In this document: in pieces, positions 44,887 to 45,246 of the stretch | How the letters are laid out: each line of letters begins with the position of its first letter | Position numbering within the stretch: the first letter of the stretch is position 1 | IMG/VR virus record: IMGVR_UViG_2778261297_000003 | Origin: a virus | Taxonomy: Duplodnaviria > Heunggongvirae > Uroviricota > Caudoviricetes | DNA length: 45,246 bases | Strand: one strand, 5' to 3' | Position numbers and translations under genes: made by a program | The notes under the pieces: generated by a model | Told to the model about the DNA's origin: nothing | Database searches by the model: none | The model's input: the letters and a program-made list of their open reading frames with translations, nothing else

Positions 44887-45246
44887 CTACTGCTGTTTTC
44901 GATTCAAAATCTGTCGTAAATTCCGGAAGTCTTCTTCATTTAACTCATCAAAACTACGAGCGAACGCAATTGCGACTTCACGAGCATGGTCGTTCTTACC
45001 TGACAAGCTGATCTCTACTGATTGCTGAGAGTCACGAGCTGCACTGATAAGCTTTTCTTTTTGTTTTTCATCCGCATTCAGATAGCCAATGATGCTATCA
45101 AGCACGGGTTTAGTGACCGCCCTTTTACCAGTTTCGATTGCTGAAAGATAAGACGAGGTCATACCCATAGCCTCAGCCATGCTTTTAAGCGTAAGCCCCA
45201 GGTCTATGCGCATTTTTCTTACTGTCTTACCAAACGGCGTTAACAT
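44887..45246 (-). CDS. XRE-family HTH transcriptional regulator
   Basis: 119 aa; HTH ..LGLTLKSMAEAMGMTSSYLSAIETGKR..; start codon at the window edge. Confidence 0.8.
   Translation of the reverse strand: MLTPFGKTVRKMRIDLGLTLKSMAEAMGMTSSYLSAIETGKRAVTKPVLDSIIGYLNADEKQKEKLISAARDSQQSVEISLSGKNDHAREVAIAFARSFDELNEEDFRNLRQILNRKQQ

Overview
The window is almost entirely one temperate enterobacterial-type prophage, read here from its structural/late end (left) to its integrase end (right). Left to right: an SOS-box-controlled accessory module (DinI-like, UmuD'-like); a Gin/Hin-family DNA invertase with an invertible tail-fibre segment; a Mu-like contractile-tail module; a lambda-like head and packaging module (Nu1/A/W/B/C/scaffold/D/E-like) with a candidate cos region; a lysis cassette (holin, SAR endolysin, Rz/Rz1); accessory cargo in the late operon (a small protein plus Clp-fold serine protease operon, a beta-class DNA methyltransferase); a putative Q antiterminator with late promoter-proximal terminator; a nin-like region with a DUF968 protein, Rha/KilAC antirepressor and two further DNA methyltransferases; an O-like replication initiator with internal iterons; a cro/cI immunity region with operator repeats; an 860-bp untranslated structured leader; a rightward early operon (YfdQ/YfdR-like, nucleases, exonuclease), excisionase and tyrosine integrase. 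Beyond the integrase sits an XRE-HTH plus ImmA/IrrE-type metallopeptidase pair. No rRNA, tRNA or CRISPR array was recognised. All homology statements are from reading the translated ORFs and recalled family motifs; no database search was run.
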